The notes below the pieces were generated by a model. It was not told the DNA's origin. It worked only from the letters and a program-made list of their open reading frames with translations, and did not search any database. Made by a program: the position numbers and the translations under genes. Positions 47,864-64,000 of a DNA stretch of 64,000 nt are shown here, in pieces. Each line of letters opens with the position of its first letter. Positions within the stretch are counted from its first letter, which is position 1. Location: assembly GCA_002269645.1 (NCBI GenBank), contig NIVC01000735.1, forward strand, positions 1 to 64,000, given 5' to 3'. The stretch is from Macrostomum lignano. Its lineage: Eukaryota.

Positions 47864-48578
47864 CACACTCAGGCACACAGGCACACACTCAGGCACGCAC
47901 AATCAAGCACACACACTGAGGCACACACTCAGGCACACACACTCAGGCACAGACACTCCTGGCACAGACACTCAGACATGCACACTCAGGCACAAACTCA
48001 GACACACACAATCAGGCACACACACTCAAGCACACACACTCAGACATGCACACTCAGGCACAAACTCAGAAACACACAATCAGGCACACACACTCAAGCA
48101 CACACACTCAGACACGCACTCAGGCACACACTCAGGCACAGACACTCCTGGCACACACACTCAGTCATGCACAATCAGGCACACACTCAGGCACACACAC
48201 TCAGGCACACACTCAGGCACACACTCAGGCACACACTCAGGCACACACTCAGGCACACACTCAGGTACACACACTCAGGTACACACTCAGGCACACACAC
48301 TCAGGCACACACACTCAGGCACAGACACTCCTGGCACACACACTCAGTCATGCACAATCAGGCACACACTCAGGCACACACTCAAGCTCACACTCAGGCA
48401 CACACTCAGGTACACACTCAGGCACACACTCAAGCTCACACTCAGGCACACACTCAGGTACACACTCATACACACACTCAGGCACACACTCAGGCACACA
48501 CTTAGGCACACACTCAGGCACACACTCAGGCACACACTCATACACACACTCAGGCACACACTCAGGCACACACTCAGG
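47864..48578. repeat. Degenerate ~12-bp CA-rich repeat
   Basis: (cacacactcagg)n. Confidence 0.9.
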
Positions 48579-48934
48579 CCCTGAATTTCTCGTCAGTTGT
48601 CAGGCATGTACACCTTGACCCTAAAGCAGTCTGAGATGCTTTGACTAACTCATCATTTCAAGTGGCTCATTGTGAATAACCCATACCGTGATTAGCACGC
48701 TGGGCTCTTGAAAGAAAGGCAACGCACCGATTCAGTGCAAAATACGAAAAGATCTATCTTAGTAAACTTCAAAGCAGAGTTAAGCTATATATTTCTGACG
48801 CGCAGTTTAGGATCGCCATGGCTGGCAGTTGAAACAGTTTTAACAAATAAAATGACGCTCGAAGCGCATGACTCTACTGCCAGTAGCAGTATAGAAATCT
48901 AATCTGAGGAAAAAAGTTTTGCTTGACTAAGCAG

Positions 48935-63493
<14,559 letters not shown>

Positions 63494-63644
63494 CTGGATG
63501 TTTGGGAAGGCGAGCGACTGCAGGCTCTGCTCATATTAGTGCTTTTCTTTCGTTACTATGCTCTTGTCACCCTTTCCTGGCACTCTTTGCCCATATGCTG
63601 TCCTCTCTTGGCATGCTTCTCTCTCCTCCTGTCAGTCTATCTCG

Positions 63645-63985
63645 GCACTCTCTATCCCCAGACATTCTATCTGGGCACTCTCTGTCCCCAGACATTCTAT
63701 CTTGGCACTCTCTATCCCCAGGAATTCTATCTTGGCACTCTCTATCCCCAGGAATTCTATTTGGGCACTCTCTGTCCCCAGACATTCTATCTTGGCACTC
63801 TCTATCCCCAGAAATTCTATCTGGGCACTCTCTATCCCAGGAATTCTATCTGGGCACTCTCTATCCCAAGGAATTCTATCTGGGCACTCTCTATTCCCAG
63901 GCATTCTATCTCGGCACTCTCTATCCTCAGGCATTCTATCTCGGCACTCTCTATCCTCAGGCATTCTATCTCGGCACTCTATCCG
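63645..63985. repeat. ~30-bp minisatellite
   Basis: (attctatctgggcactctctatccccagg)n. Confidence 0.9.
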
Positions 63986-64000
63986 ATCCGATTCCATTAC

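Overview
Eukaryotic (animal) genomic DNA. GC-rich GT-AG exons are separated by introns, and almost every intron holds its own minisatellite. This style suggests a flatworm such as Macrostomum lignano, but that is inference only. Genes were rebuilt by hand from splice phases. Minus strand, ~20.0 kb to <1 kb: a long PH + atypical WW + Gly-rich (collagen/GGX) + uncharacterised-domain gene, possibly two genes, with a 559-aa same-strand Q/H-rich ORF nested in one intron. After an AT-rich divergent region come four co-oriented plus-strand genes: EXOC8, NAGA (GH27), a catalytically dead MINDY4B-like protein and an 11beta-HSD1-like SDR. Next are a small TTAA-flanked piggyBac derivative, a weakly supported secreted-protein gene, and a 5'-truncated TRPM channel on the minus strand. 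The best leads are: (1) a phase-enforced pair of mutually exclusive TRPM exons next to a (CCUG)n(UCUG)n intron; (2) a minisatellite made of the amplified 3' splice junction; (3) the unusual Gly-rich protein and its nested ORF; (4) a possible trans-spliced operon. Several single-base frameshifts look like assembly errors. Repeat boundaries are approximate. No database searches were run; family calls come from recognised motifs.
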